A DNA stretch of 64,000 nucleotides from Planctomycetota bacterium (GTDB lineage Bacteria; Planctomycetota; PLA2; JAEUHO01): positions 320,001-384,000 of the forward strand of contig CBDCTJ010000007.1 in assembly GCA_965222115.1 (NCBI GenBank), given 5' to 3'. Numbering within the stretch: the stretch's first letter is position 1; each line of letters opens with the position of its first letter. A program made the position numbers and the translations under genes. The notes beneath the pieces are model-generated. The model saw only the letters and a program-made list of their open reading frames with translations. It was not told the origin of the DNA and did not search any database. Shown here in pieces: positions 1 to 9,845 of this stretch.

Positions 1-1736
1 GCGTCGAGCCAGCGTAGCGCTTCTTCAATGGCGCGCCGATAGCCTTTTCCGTAGTTCGTTCTCCGCGGCGCTACCATTCGCGAAACTCGTTCCGGGTAGG
101 CGCCACCCAAGAAGGCCGGGAAGCCGCTCGTTCGACGACTGCCCTCTTCTTCCTTGTATCGCTTGTCGTAATATGCGACCTGTGACTCTGCCCACGCTTC
201 GCCCATTAGATCCTTGGATGCGCGCTTTGAGATCGCAACCGTCGTGGACGCACGCCGAGTTCGCTTCATGACTCGCGAATCGCTCTTCACCTCGGGGAGG
301 TTGCCTTCTTGCTTCTTGGAAGGCGAGAACGCTAATGTGCCATTGAGCGCCACGCGACCTTGCATAACGGCATCAATCAAGGAGTACTCTTGGAACGCGA
401 ACGGATCCGACCAAGCACGTTGTTCAAGTGTTATGCGATCTGCGATCGACGAGTCTACCGAACTCGCACGAGGCAAGTAAATGTACGGAAACATCCCTTG
501 CTGGTGGACGGCGCCAATCGTTGCGAAGACCAATCCAGCCGGCACGTATCGATCCGTCTGATGCGGTACGGAAAGCAGCAGATTGTTGCCTCCGCTTTCC
601 GGTCCCTTGGGAGGACGCGAGATCGCCCCACCGACTGCGTCGTGGACAGAGGCTAAGGTCAGTGGATCACCCGCCCAGTCTTCAGGCAGGAAAGCCATCA
701 CATGACGTTCAAAGTTCCGGCGTGGCAGCTTCCTATTCGCCTGCGTGGGGTGCATCGCCAATCCGATCCGAAATCCAGACCGGCGATTCGTTGCTCGATC
801 AAGCCCGCCGATCCATACGTCGTGAATGGCGTTCTCCTCACGAGCAAGCACCTCAAGAATCCAGCGTACAGCTCGCCAGCGCACACGCGCATGAACCTGA
901 AGAACAACAGAGAGCTGGTACTTGTCACCGGCGCGGCGACCACCTTCTACGGCGCGGCTCCGTAGCGCGCGAACCAAGGTGCCGGGTGCTATGGAGTAGC
1001 CACCATCTAGACAAAGCCCTCCGTGCGCGCCGATCACAATCTCGGCGACGTCTCGACCTTGTGGCAATGCCCCGGCGGCCCTCCATCGAGGCAAAATGGC
1101 CTGCTCAAGACCTGGAAGCGCACGCGTGCTCTTGTCGACTTCCCACGCCCACCTTCCTCCGGCTTGTCGGGCAAATAGAAATCGCAGCCTCGAGTTGGGC
1201 TTTACGATTTCCATGATGTTCCAATGGCCCTTACGGCTACGCCGAGCCACGTACGACAATGCGCCGCTATACGCTGAGGGGGCGTGGACCTTCAATACGC
1301 CACGGCAGTGTCTCCCATCATGTTCGCGCGTGATAGATTGAACATAGCGAGGCTGAATAAGGGCGTACGGCAGATTCGGCTGCGTTCGCAGTTCCTTGGG
1401 AACCTCCAAGGCATTAAGCACAACCGATTTGTCGTCGGTCAAGACCTGAAGATCTGACTTGCGTCGGCTCGTTTCCGTAACGTGCGGCTTTACGTAAAGC
1501 AACTGCCACACGAATTGCGGATCGCCCTCGGATTCCCCACCGAGCATGTGTATCCCAAACATAGCGTCAGCGCCCGTTTCGTGCTGTAGCAGTCGTATCA
1601 GCTCTTTTTCGCTTATCTCACTCCCCTCTTTGGCGTGAATTTGTGCATTCGACACCAAACATATGACAAGTAGTGTGAAGGTCGTCAGGTACTTGGATTG
1701 ACGCCACAAACACGACCTGTTCTCTACTTGATCCAT
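1..1736 (-). CDS. Large secreted hypothetical protein, partial (runs off the left edge); possible ExbD-like segment and start of a prenyltransferase/squalene-cyclase-like repeat region
   Basis: Manual translation gives an open frame from ATG 1736 (MDQVENRSCLWRQSKYLTTFTLLVICLVSNAQIHA...) to the edge (...KGYRRAIEEALRWLD), 578 codons with no stop. GAGGAGG Shine-Dalgarno at 1741-1747. Absent from the ORF track because its stop lies outside the window. Confidence 0.75.
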   Translation of the reverse strand, partial: MDQVENRSCLWRQSKYLTTFTLLVICLVSNAQIHAKEGSEISEKELIRLLQHETGADAMFGIHMLGGESEGDPQFVWQLLYVKPHVTETSRRKSDLQVLTDDKSVVLNALEVPKELRTQPNLPYALIQPRYVQSITREHDGRHCRGVLKVHAPSAYSGALSYVARRSRKGHWNIMEIVKPNSRLRFLFARQAGGRWAWEVDKSTRALPGLEQAILPRWRAAGALPQGRDVAEIVIGAHGGLCLDGGYSIAPGTLVRALRSRAVEGGRRAGDKYQLSVVLQVHARVRWRAVRWILEVLAREENAIHDVWIGGLDRATNRRSGFRIGLAMHPTQANRKLPRRNFERHVMAFLPEDWAGDPLTLASVHDAVGGAISRPPKGPESGGNNLLLSVPHQTDRYVPAGLVFATIGAVHQQGMFPYIYLPRASSVDSSIADRITLEQRAWSDPFAFQEYSLIDAVMQGRVALNGTLAFSPSKKQEGNLPEVKSDSRVMKRTRRASTTVAISKRASKDLMGEAWAESQVAYYDKRYKEEEGSRRTSGFPAFLGGAYPERVSRMVAPRRTNYGKGYRRAIEEALRWLD

Positions 1737-1791
1737 GGATCCTCCTCGTACTTGATCTACTACGCTGTTATGGCACGGATCCTAGCCCGGG

Positions 1792-3753
1792 CTAAGATTC
1801 CCCCTCCGCATACTGATCACGCAACGCCTCCACAACGGCGGGGTCTGCCAACGTAGTCGTGTCACCAAGAGCGTCGCCATCAGCAATGGCGCGCAATAGA
1901 CGACGCATGATCTTGCCACTGCGGGTCTTGGGTAGGTCGGCGGTGAAGAAGATTTCGTCGGGGCGGCCGATGGCGCCAATCTTCTTGGCGACGTGGGCGC
2001 GCAGCGTTTGCTTGAGTTCGTCGCTCGCGGTTGCCGTTCCTCGCAACGTGACAAAAGCAGCAATGGCTTGGCCCTTGACGGCGTGGGCGGCTCCCACGAC
2101 GGCAGACTCGGCAACCGACTCGTGATCCACGAGCGCCGATTCAACTTCCATGGTCGAAATGTTATGCCCCGATACCAACATGATGTCGTCTACACGCCCG
2201 AGCAACCATAGGTAGCCATCTTCATCGAGCTTGCACCCGTCCCCGGGAAAGTACTTGCCTGGGAACTTGGACCAATACACGTCTTTGTAGCGCTGATCGT
2301 CGCCATAGACGGTGCGCAACATGGACGGCCAGGGCTTGGTTACAACGAGATAGCCACCGCCACCATTCTTTACCGAATTCCCCTCGTCATCTACTACATC
2401 TACGGCAATGCCAGGCAACGCGCGGCATGCGGAACCGGGCTTCGTATTCGTCAATCCGGGAAGCGGGCTCACCATGATGGCACCGGTTTCGGTCTGCCAC
2501 CAGGTGTCCACAATCGGGCAGCGCTCGCCGCCGATATGTTTGTGGTACCACATCCATGCCTCCGGATTAATGGGCTCGCCCACACTGCCGAGCAGGCGCA
2601 ACGAACCTAAATCGTGCTTCTCGGGATACTCGGTGCCCCATCCCATGAACGCGCGAATCGCCGTGGGCGCGGTGTAGAGAACCGTCACGCCGTAGCGCGC
2701 AACAATCGACCACAATCGATCTTTGTCGGGATGATTGGGCGCACCTTCATACATGACGCCCGTGGTGGCGTTGCAAAGCGGACCATACACGATGTAGCTG
2801 TGGCCGGTAACCCAACCAATATCGGCCGCGCACCAATACACATCGTCGGGTTTGATGTCGAAGACCAATCGATGCGTGGTCGCCGTTCCCACCATGTAGC
2901 CACCGGTTGTGTGTGCGATGCCCTTGGGCTTCCCCGTCGTGCCACTCGTATAGAGAATGTAGAGCAAATCCTCGGCATCCATGGGCTCGGGCGCGCAGGT
3001 GTCGGCACGGCCGTCCACAACACTGTGGTACCAATGATCGCGGCCCTTCACCATCGGCAGTGACGCGGTGGAGGCATCTTGATCGCCGATGCGTTTCACG
3101 ACGACTACGGTCTCAACGCCATCCACGCGCTTGAGGGCTTCATCGACATTGGCTTTCAACGGTACAACGTTTCCGCGTCGCCAGGAACCATCGGCCGTTA
3201 ACACGATATGACTGTCGGAGTCGGTTATGCGATCCACTAAGGCGTCGGGGCTAAACCCACCAAAGACAACCGAATGCGCGGCGCCGATACGCGCACAAGC
3301 AAGCATGGAGATGGCCAACTCGGGAATCATTCCCATATAAATCGTGACGCGATCGCCCTTCTTGACGCCGAGATCGCGCAGACCATTGGCTAGACGACAC
3401 ACGTCCCGAAGCACGTCGCTGTAGGTAAGCGTCTTCTTGTCCCCGGGTTCACCCTCAAAGTACCAACACACTTTGTCGCCGTGGCCGGTATCCACATGGC
3501 GATCCAAACAGTTGACCGTGATGTTCAGCTTCGCATCAACGAACCACTTGGCAAAGGGCAACTGCCAATCAAGCACCTGCGACCACGGATTCATCCATGA
3601 AAACGTCTTGGCCTGCGTCTCCCAATACGCTTCGATGTCTTCGCCCGCCTTGTAGATGGCCGAATCGTTCGCGTTGGCTTGCTTTACGAAGTCCTTCGAC
3701 GGAGCGAATACCCGTGATTCATCCAGCAGCGTGTCTATCGTCTTTTTTGACAT
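1792..3753 (-). CDS. acs: Acetyl-CoA synthetase (AMP-forming)
   Basis: YTSGTTGKPKG AMP-binding loop, DIGWVTGHSY, DTWWQTETG, PKTRSGKIMRR (acetylated Lys motif). Start set at MSKKTID, which has a GAGGAG RBS. Confidence 0.97.
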   Translation of the reverse strand: MSKKTIDTLLDESRVFAPSKDFVKQANANDSAIYKAGEDIEAYWETQAKTFSWMNPWSQVLDWQLPFAKWFVDAKLNITVNCLDRHVDTGHGDKVCWYFEGEPGDKKTLTYSDVLRDVCRLANGLRDLGVKKGDRVTIYMGMIPELAISMLACARIGAAHSVVFGGFSPDALVDRITDSDSHIVLTADGSWRRGNVVPLKANVDEALKRVDGVETVVVVKRIGDQDASTASLPMVKGRDHWYHSVVDGRADTCAPEPMDAEDLLYILYTSGTTGKPKGIAHTTGGYMVGTATTHRLVFDIKPDDVYWCAADIGWVTGHSYIVYGPLCNATTGVMYEGAPNHPDKDRLWSIVARYGVTVLYTAPTAIRAFMGWGTEYPEKHDLGSLRLLGSVGEPINPEAWMWYHKHIGGERCPIVDTWWQTETGAIMVSPLPGLTNTKPGSACRALPGIAVDVVDDEGNSVKNGGGGYLVVTKPWPSMLRTVYGDDQRYKDVYWSKFPGKYFPGDGCKLDEDGYLWLLGRVDDIMLVSGHNISTMEVESALVDHESVAESAVVGAAHAVKGQAIAAFVTLRGTATASDELKQTLRAHVAKKIGAIGRPDEIFFTADLPKTRSGKIMRRLLRAIADGDALGDTTTLADPAVVEALRDQYAEGES

Positions 3754-3909
3754 GGGTGGCTCCTCGCCCAAAACTGTTATGAGCGAGCGGCGAGTGTACG
3801 CGATAGAGTTCACGTTGCTCATGTGTCGAGGACGAGATCAACGCACGCAATGGACTCGTGGGGCATGTTCAAGCACCACGAGGGCTAAAAACGAGCGTAC
3901 GATAGCGCC

Positions 3910-4137
3910 ATGAAATCCGAGCCGCTCACGCGCGAAGCACTCCACCGCTTCATTGACGATGTTCGGCCGCGTTGCCTCTGGTACCTTCGAAAGGACTACT
4001 ACCCCACCACGCGCAAGCAGATGCTCGACGTGCTTAGTGCCATTGAGCGCCAAAGCAACGTAGAGACCTTCCAGCGCGCACGAGCGTTTCGCCAATGGCT
4101 CTTACGGAATTTCAACGACGCGTCTGCCGGCTCCTAG
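3910..4137 (+). CDS. Small hypothetical protein; resembles the small partner normally found upstream of an AbiEii-like nucleotidyltransferase
   Basis: 75 aa with a CLWYLRKDYYP motif. Its 3' end overlaps an ATG encoding MALTEFQRRVCRLLA. Family recognised from memory only. Confidence 0.55.
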   Translation: MKSEPLTREALHRFIDDVRPRCLWYLRKDYYPTTRKQMLDVLSAIERQSNVETFQRARAFRQWLLRNFNDASAGS

Positions 4138-4247
4138 CGAGATATGAAAAGCCGCAATCATCCGTTCGCTGTGTTCTTGATCTCGCTTCTGGCCTGCCTT
4201 GTCGTAATTCCAACGGCACGAGCCGAGGACGAAACCGCCACCCTTGA
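4095..4247 (+). pseudogene. Putative truncated N-terminal remnant of a nucleotidyltransferase (toxin) gene
   Basis: ATGGCTCTTACGGAATTTCAACGACGCGTCTGCCGGCTCCTAGCG = MALTEFQRRVCRLLA. After about 15 codons the frame runs through the next gene and stops at 4245-4247. Confidence 0.45.
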
Positions 4248-5778
4248 CCGCGTCATCGACGTGTTGAGGCCGCTCGTCGAGGGATCCGGATGGCGCACAT
4301 CGATTCGAACGCTTAACACGTCTCAACATGACGTAACAACAAGCAGCGCAGCCAAGACGACCGATGTCGGAATGCAGGCTTCGAAGATGCTTTTCGCTCA
4401 TTCGACTCACCCATGCGCGTCATTTTCGGCTGTTGTTGGACGTTTCCAGACGCTCAAACAAGCCAACAAGTGGCTCGTGCTTCAGCGTCCTCGCGACGTG
4501 CGTCCTGATTTTATCTCATCGCCTCGACTGCCAAAGCTCACATCCACCAGCAAGGGCGTTGGAGCGCAACGAAGCGAACGTGGTCATGTCGCAATGTTCG
4601 AACAGCCCTTCTCGCAGCGTACACCACGCATGGAACTCATCGTCGTCGTTGATCGTTTCGTGGTGTTACTCACAACAACGGGCGTCGCAGACGATCAGAT
4701 TCCGAAGCTGCACGCGGCTGTGGATGCCATTGCAGCAACAATTCGATCGCCGGAGAAGGCCAAGCAACGAGCAACGCTTGAGACGCTCGATGTGGAGACG
4801 CCTACGGCGTGTCGATCTATTCGCGTGCGGCTGTCGATGGAGGGGTCGCAGGCGAAGCACCCCTTCGGAGAGCTCTCCGCGTTTGCGCCTAGCCAATCAA
4901 TGACACCGCCCAGCCGCACACTTCTTGCACTTGGACCACCCCGCCGAGCAACCGCCGTAGATCGTGATTGGCTCGTACCAATTGATGATCAGAGCCGCGT
5001 TGCGTTACTCCACGCCGCGCCAGGACTTGATGAAGCGTGTTTCGTCGTGCTCTTGCCCAAGGCCGACCGGCGTGTTCAAGAGGTCACGCTCTATCGAACA
5101 CCCGCCGCGTGGCGCGTATCGGGACGCGTTGCATTACCGAAGGGCGTCACCGTCCATCCCACCGCCTTGACTGTAGCGCTAACGCCGAGGAAGTTCCCGG
5201 GTCTACTCCCAACGCCCGCATTGGATTACGCTCACGCGCGAACCGTGATCGGCTATTCATTGATGCAAGCAGCGGATGAGAACCGTCCCGTCGTTGTGCG
5301 CGCCGATCGACTTCGTCGAACACGCGTAGACGCAGACGGATCGTGGTCCGTGCTTGTTGACAAACCGGGCACCTACTACGCGCAGATTGAAGGGCCCGGC
5401 CTGCGAGCAACAGCATCCATTCCCGCAACTCCACTCAACGACAAGAACGAAAGCACCGAGGTCACCCCACTCCACCGCGTGTTCGCCGTAGACCTTCACG
5501 TCGAGTGCGATCCAACAGCAAGTCCGTCGTTGTTTCACGATGTCCTGGTGGAACTTGACGGCCATACGAATGCCAAGCTTCGGCGGGCAGGCCCAACATC
5601 AAGCTGGTTCTACGCATCGATTCTCGCCGATCGTGGCGAATCAACCCTACGCGTTCATGGGCTACCGGGCTCGCCCACAAACTACAAGCCCCTTGAGATT
5701 CCGCTTTGTGTTGCCGGGCCCACGACGATTCACATCCCCTGGGGCAAGGCGCCGGTCGTGAGGCAAGTAACGCGTTAG
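4144..5778 (+). CDS. Secreted hypothetical protein, possibly with a C-terminal carboxypeptidase-regulatory-like beta-sandwich
   Basis: 544 aa. Sec signal MKSRNHPFAVFLISLLACLVVIPTARA|E; a T-x-V-D-A-D-G-x-W...PGTY pattern near the C-terminus. Confidence 0.65.
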   Translation: MKSRNHPFAVFLISLLACLVVIPTARAEDETATLDRVIDVLRPLVEGSGWRTSIRTLNTSQHDVTTSSAAKTTDVGMQASKMLFAHSTHPCASFSAVVGRFQTLKQANKWLVLQRPRDVRPDFISSPRLPKLTSTSKGVGAQRSERGHVAMFEQPFSQRTPRMELIVVVDRFVVLLTTTGVADDQIPKLHAAVDAIAATIRSPEKAKQRATLETLDVETPTACRSIRVRLSMEGSQAKHPFGELSAFAPSQSMTPPSRTLLALGPPRRATAVDRDWLVPIDDQSRVALLHAAPGLDEACFVVLLPKADRRVQEVTLYRTPAAWRVSGRVALPKGVTVHPTALTVALTPRKFPGLLPTPALDYAHARTVIGYSLMQAADENRPVVVRADRLRRTRVDADGSWSVLVDKPGTYYAQIEGPGLRATASIPATPLNDKNESTEVTPLHRVFAVDLHVECDPTASPSLFHDVLVELDGHTNAKLRRAGPTSSWFYASILADRGESTLRVHGLPGSPTNYKPLEIPLCVAGPTTIHIPWGKAPVVRQVTR

Positions 5779-6536
5779 AAACGAGGTCGGCGCCGACGGC
5801 GAACCGGACGCGCAGCTTTCGGCGGGGCATCGTGCACGGCCTTGGCGGCAATGCGCTTGAAGCGCTCGGCGAACAACATCCGCAGAAACGCCATGATGAT
5901 GAGTCCGGCAACAAAGCCACCAATGTGAGCCATGTGGGCGACGCCGCCTCCGTCACCGCTTTCGACTTTGCCCATATACCGCATGACGACCGGCAGACCA
6001 TCTTGGAGCGCGAACCAAAGCAAGATCATGATGAGCGCGCTTACGTGAAATACACGCACCATGAGATAAAGGAACAGCAGCTTCACCTTGTTCTTGGGGC
6101 ACGCGATCAGATACATGCCCTGCACACCGCTGATGGCGCCCGATGCACCCACCAAGGGAATGTCGCTTGCTGACTCGGGCGCAAAATGAGCGTAGACGAG
6201 CGTGGCGGCGGCCCCCGCAACCAGATACGCGACCAGATAGCCAACGTGTCCCAACCGAGCTTCCACGTTGTCACCAAAGATCCATAGAAACAGCATGTTA
6301 CTGGCAAGATGCATGAATCCGGCGTGCATGAACAAGGACGTGAGCAACGTGTGGTGGGTCGGTCCGTATGAGGGCCGGTACGCGTAGGGATCCATCAGCT
6401 CGCTGTAGGCCTTCGTGTCGCCACCGGTCATGGCAAACATGACGGCAAAAATCAAAATGTTGGCGGCCAGAATGGCGTAGTTCATCCACGGGCGATGCGA
6501 CTTGATGTTGGGGGTGTCGCCGAAGGGTAGCAGCAC
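5775..6536 (-). CDS. Rhomboid family intramembrane serine protease
   Basis: SLFMHAGFMHLASNMLFLWIFGDNVE, catalytic GASG and AHIGG. Probable GTG start at 6536 with GGAG upstream. Confidence 0.93.
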   Translation of the reverse strand: MLLPFGDTPNIKSHRPWMNYAILAANILIFAVMFAMTGGDTKAYSELMDPYAYRPSYGPTHHTLLTSLFMHAGFMHLASNMLFLWIFGDNVEARLGHVGYLVAYLVAGAAATLVYAHFAPESASDIPLVGASGAISGVQGMYLIACPKNKVKLLFLYLMVRVFHVSALIMILLWFALQDGLPVVMRYMGKVESGDGGGVAHMAHIGGFVAGLIIMAFLRMLFAERFKRIAAKAVHDAPPKAARPVRRRRRPRF

Positions 6537-6654
6537 AGGCAGGCTCCGATGTGAACGGCACTGTACTGGCACCCCGACGCAAGACGTGCGAAATGATGCC
6601 TGCCAGTCGTCCCTTCTGTCCCCTGCTCCAACCGCGTCGACGTATCCTCTCGGC

Positions 6655-8097
6655 ATGGCGCCCATCTTTGCTCACTCAATCTCGCTGCCACCGGTGCACA
6701 CGCCCGCACAAGGTGCTGCAGCGCTAGACGCATTCTCGAACGCAGAGCTAGACGACGCGCTGGCAGGGGCGCGAGAACGGAACGCGACCTTCCTACGCGT
6801 GGTTCAGGGCATCGACACATTGACGCCTGTTCCCTGGCTACGAGAACGCGCACGGGATGTACGTGCGTCCACGCAAGGATTGTTTCATTGGTCCTCTCGC
6901 GATGACGCCGTCCAGATCGCAGGCATCGGCCTCGCCGCGTCAGGAAACCGCATTGACGCATTCGATGGCACAAACGAAGCAGATCGGATGACGCCTCTGG
7001 AAGCCGTTCGACGACTCGTAACGCTGCGCTTTGACCCCTACGCACCGATCGCCGAGGAGTGGTCGTCATTCGGTCTGGCGGCTTGGTACGTGCCTGCCAT
7101 CGAAGTGCTCACGTGTAGTGGCGCCAGCGCGATCGCAGTTCAAGTGGCCCTGCCCACAGACTCCGCGGCGCGCGATATGCGAAATCGACTTCGCTTGGCC
7201 ACAACGTCACTCACGCAGGATGTGCGCGACGACTCGTCCGAGCTACCGCCTTTCGAAGTTGAATCCGAGTCGTGCGGAACTGCATTCTGGACCCGACACA
7301 TCAAAGCCATCTTGGCATCGATCGCAGATGGCATGATCGCGAAAGGCGTGCTTGCCCGACGCTCTTGTTGGCGCGCGACGTCGCCATGCAGCGCAGCCGA
7401 TGTGTTGGCCGTCTTACATCGCGCGCATCCCGACACGTACCGCTTCTTGATTCAGCCCCCATCGGTAACGGGCCAACCATCCGCCTTCTTCGGTGCTTCA
7501 CCCGAGCAACTCTTCGCACGCAGCGGCCAAGACATTGTTACGGAATCGCTTGCAGGCACTCGTGCTCGTGGGGCGGATGATGCAGGCGACTCAAGGCTTG
7601 AGTCGGAGTTGCGATCCAACCGAAAAGAGACGTACGAACATTCGGTGGTCACCGAGCAACTTAAGTCCCAATTGGCAAATTTGTGTGTAGCGCCGCCTAT
7701 CGAAGATGCAGTTCGCGTTCGAAAGCTTCGGCACGTACAACATCTTTGCACGCCGCTGCGTGGCACACTGAGAGCAGGTGCCACCGATCATGATGTGATA
7801 CGCGTGCTTCATCCAACGCCCGCCGTTTGTGGATCGCCTGTCCCCGCCGCGTTCAAACTCATTCGTTCGTTGGAAGGCTTTGATCGGGGACTTTATGCAG
7901 GACCCGTTGGCTGCATCACCGCGGATTCATCGGAATTCGCGGTGGCCATTCGCAGTGGGCGGATGGAAGAGAATCGCATTACGCTCTACGCGGGTGCGGG
8001 AATTGTGGAAGGATCCACGGCCGAACACGAGTGGCAGGAGACCGAGAACAAACTTCGAACCGTAGAAGATCTCTTGCGGGCGGAACCAACGCGATGA
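6655..8097 (+). CDS. menF: Isochorismate synthase
   Basis: FFGASPE, ESLAGT, KE..EH, LHPTPAVCG, RGLYAGPVG, AVAIRS, YAGAGIV..S..EW.ET..K. First gene of the men cluster. Confidence 0.92.
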   Translation: MAPIFAHSISLPPVHTPAQGAAALDAFSNAELDDALAGARERNATFLRVVQGIDTLTPVPWLRERARDVRASTQGLFHWSSRDDAVQIAGIGLAASGNRIDAFDGTNEADRMTPLEAVRRLVTLRFDPYAPIAEEWSSFGLAAWYVPAIEVLTCSGASAIAVQVALPTDSAARDMRNRLRLATTSLTQDVRDDSSELPPFEVESESCGTAFWTRHIKAILASIADGMIAKGVLARRSCWRATSPCSAADVLAVLHRAHPDTYRFLIQPPSVTGQPSAFFGASPEQLFARSGQDIVTESLAGTRARGADDAGDSRLESELRSNRKETYEHSVVTEQLKSQLANLCVAPPIEDAVRVRKLRHVQHLCTPLRGTLRAGATDHDVIRVLHPTPAVCGSPVPAAFKLIRSLEGFDRGLYAGPVGCITADSSEFAVAIRSGRMEENRITLYAGAGIVEGSTAEHEWQETENKLRTVEDLLRAEPTR

Positions 8098-9845
8098 GCC
8101 CCGACGACGCGCCCAATGTGCAATCCGGGTGGTGCGCGCTGTTGTGGGAAGAACTTGCGCGTCAAGGGCTGAGGCTCGTTGTGTACGGACCCGGCTCGCG
8201 TTCTTCGCCGTTACTCCTTGCGGCGCTCAAGAATGAACGCCTCGCCGTGCGGCCATGGATCGATGAACGTGGCGCCGCATTTCATGCGTTGGGCTACGCC
8301 CGCGCGACGGGTCATGCGGCCGCGGTGGTCACCACGTCGGGCACGGCCGTAGCGAATCTGCTTCCCGCCGCACGTGAAGCGATGACGGAGTTCATACCGC
8401 TTTTGCTGGTCACGGCGGATCGACCTCCGGAGTTGATTGACTGCGGTGCCAACCAGGCGACCGAACAAACGGCCATGCTGCGCGCAAGTGTGAGCGACGT
8501 GCTCGCACTTCCCTGCCCAACCGACTCGATTTCACCGCGTTACGTATTGAGCCAAGCCTCGCACGCGTGGGGCCTTGCCCATGGCATGCGCGGTGGACCG
8601 GTTCAAATCAACTGTCCGCTTCGCAAGCCCTTGCACGACGAATCCGCAACGTGGGATCAACACGGCAATGCCGACATCGAACGCTGGCTCACAGATACAA
8701 CGCAACCATGGCGTACTCACACACATGACCTTCCTGCACCACCCGCAGAATCGCTCTATGCGACGGCGGAGGCGATGCGCAGAATCAAGCGTGGCTTGTT
8801 TTTGGCGGCCGGCCCCGTAGGGACCGACGCGTTCCAGTTGGCCGAAGCACTTGGCTGGCCATTGATTTCTGATGTGCGCAGTGGACTGCGTTTGGGTCAT
8901 GCCAGCACCGTGCATACGCCTTACCTGGATCGCGCGCTGGTGAGTTCACCACATGACGAGGGCTACCATCCAGAGATGGTTGTGCAACTCGGGGGACGCA
9001 TCACCTCGTCACGCTTGCTTGCATTTCTCGATGCATGGCAAGGCCCGCGCATCGTAGTCAATGAACACGGCGAGCGACTGGACCCAAGTCACAGCGCCAC
9101 GGAAATCGTGCACGCCGAACCCTCGCTCTGGTGCGATGCAATGTGCGTGGTGCTGGATGTGACTGAGTTTGAGGCCGCGGCGTTTTCAACGGAGGCGACT
9201 GCCGTCCAGGACAAGGTTCAGGAGGCCCTCGAGAATTACTTCACCGAAAACGATGGGCTTAGCGAACCCGCGGTCATTCGATACATTTCCAAGTCCATTC
9301 ACGGGGATCACGCACTCTTCCTGAGCAACAGCATGCCCATTCGCGATGTGCAGGACTACGCGGTGGTTGGCGGGCCTCGGGTGCAAACGTTCACGCAGCG
9401 GGGGTTGAGCGGCATTGACGGCATTGTTTCAACGGCGGCGGGGTGTGCCGCGGGCTGTGGAAAACCAACGACGTTGATCCTTGGCGACCTCACACTCCTT
9501 CACGATCTGAATGCCCTGGCGATGCTGCGCCATGTCACGGAGCCACTCACGATTGTGGTACTCAATAATTTTGGCGGGAGCATCTTTTCGTTCCTGCCGA
9601 TTCATGCATCACCATCCTTCTCTCCACACTTTGATACGCCCCACACACACAACGTGGCCGATATCGCAACCAGCCTCGGGCTACCGGCAACGCGCGCAAG
9701 AACGATGGCCGAGTTCCAAGAGCAGTACAGCAACGCGCTCACGTCAACGCAGCACAATCTTATCGAAGTCGTAAGTAGCCAAGAAAGCAATCTTCGTGTT
9801 CACAGGGAAATCGAAGCGTACATCGCCGAGGCGCTGCGTGCCTAA
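8094..9845 (+). CDS. menD: SEPHCHC synthase
   Basis: PGSRSSPL, DERGAAF, TTSGTAVANL, TADRP, GANQ, NSMPIRD, RGLSGIDG, GDL.LLHD, NN.GG.IF. ATGA overlap with menF. Confidence 0.96.
   Translation: MSPDDAPNVQSGWCALLWEELARQGLRLVVYGPGSRSSPLLLAALKNERLAVRPWIDERGAAFHALGYARATGHAAAVVTTSGTAVANLLPAAREAMTEFIPLLLVTADRPPELIDCGANQATEQTAMLRASVSDVLALPCPTDSISPRYVLSQASHAWGLAHGMRGGPVQINCPLRKPLHDESATWDQHGNADIERWLTDTTQPWRTHTHDLPAPPAESLYATAEAMRRIKRGLFLAAGPVGTDAFQLAEALGWPLISDVRSGLRLGHASTVHTPYLDRALVSSPHDEGYHPEMVVQLGGRITSSRLLAFLDAWQGPRIVVNEHGERLDPSHSATEIVHAEPSLWCDAMCVVLDVTEFEAAAFSTEATAVQDKVQEALENYFTENDGLSEPAVIRYISKSIHGDHALFLSNSMPIRDVQDYAVVGGPRVQTFTQRGLSGIDGIVSTAAGCAAGCGKPTTLILGDLTLLHDLNALAMLRHVTEPLTIVVLNNFGGSIFSFLPIHASPSFSPHFDTPHTHNVADIATSLGLPATRARTMAEFQEQYSNALTSTQHNLIEVVSSQESNLRVHREIEAYIAEALRA

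Noticed and set aside
214-1341. Plus-strand ORFs, including 428-1216
   Set aside because: Shadows of the long minus-strand frame 1736 to <1, which has an RBS and signal peptide.
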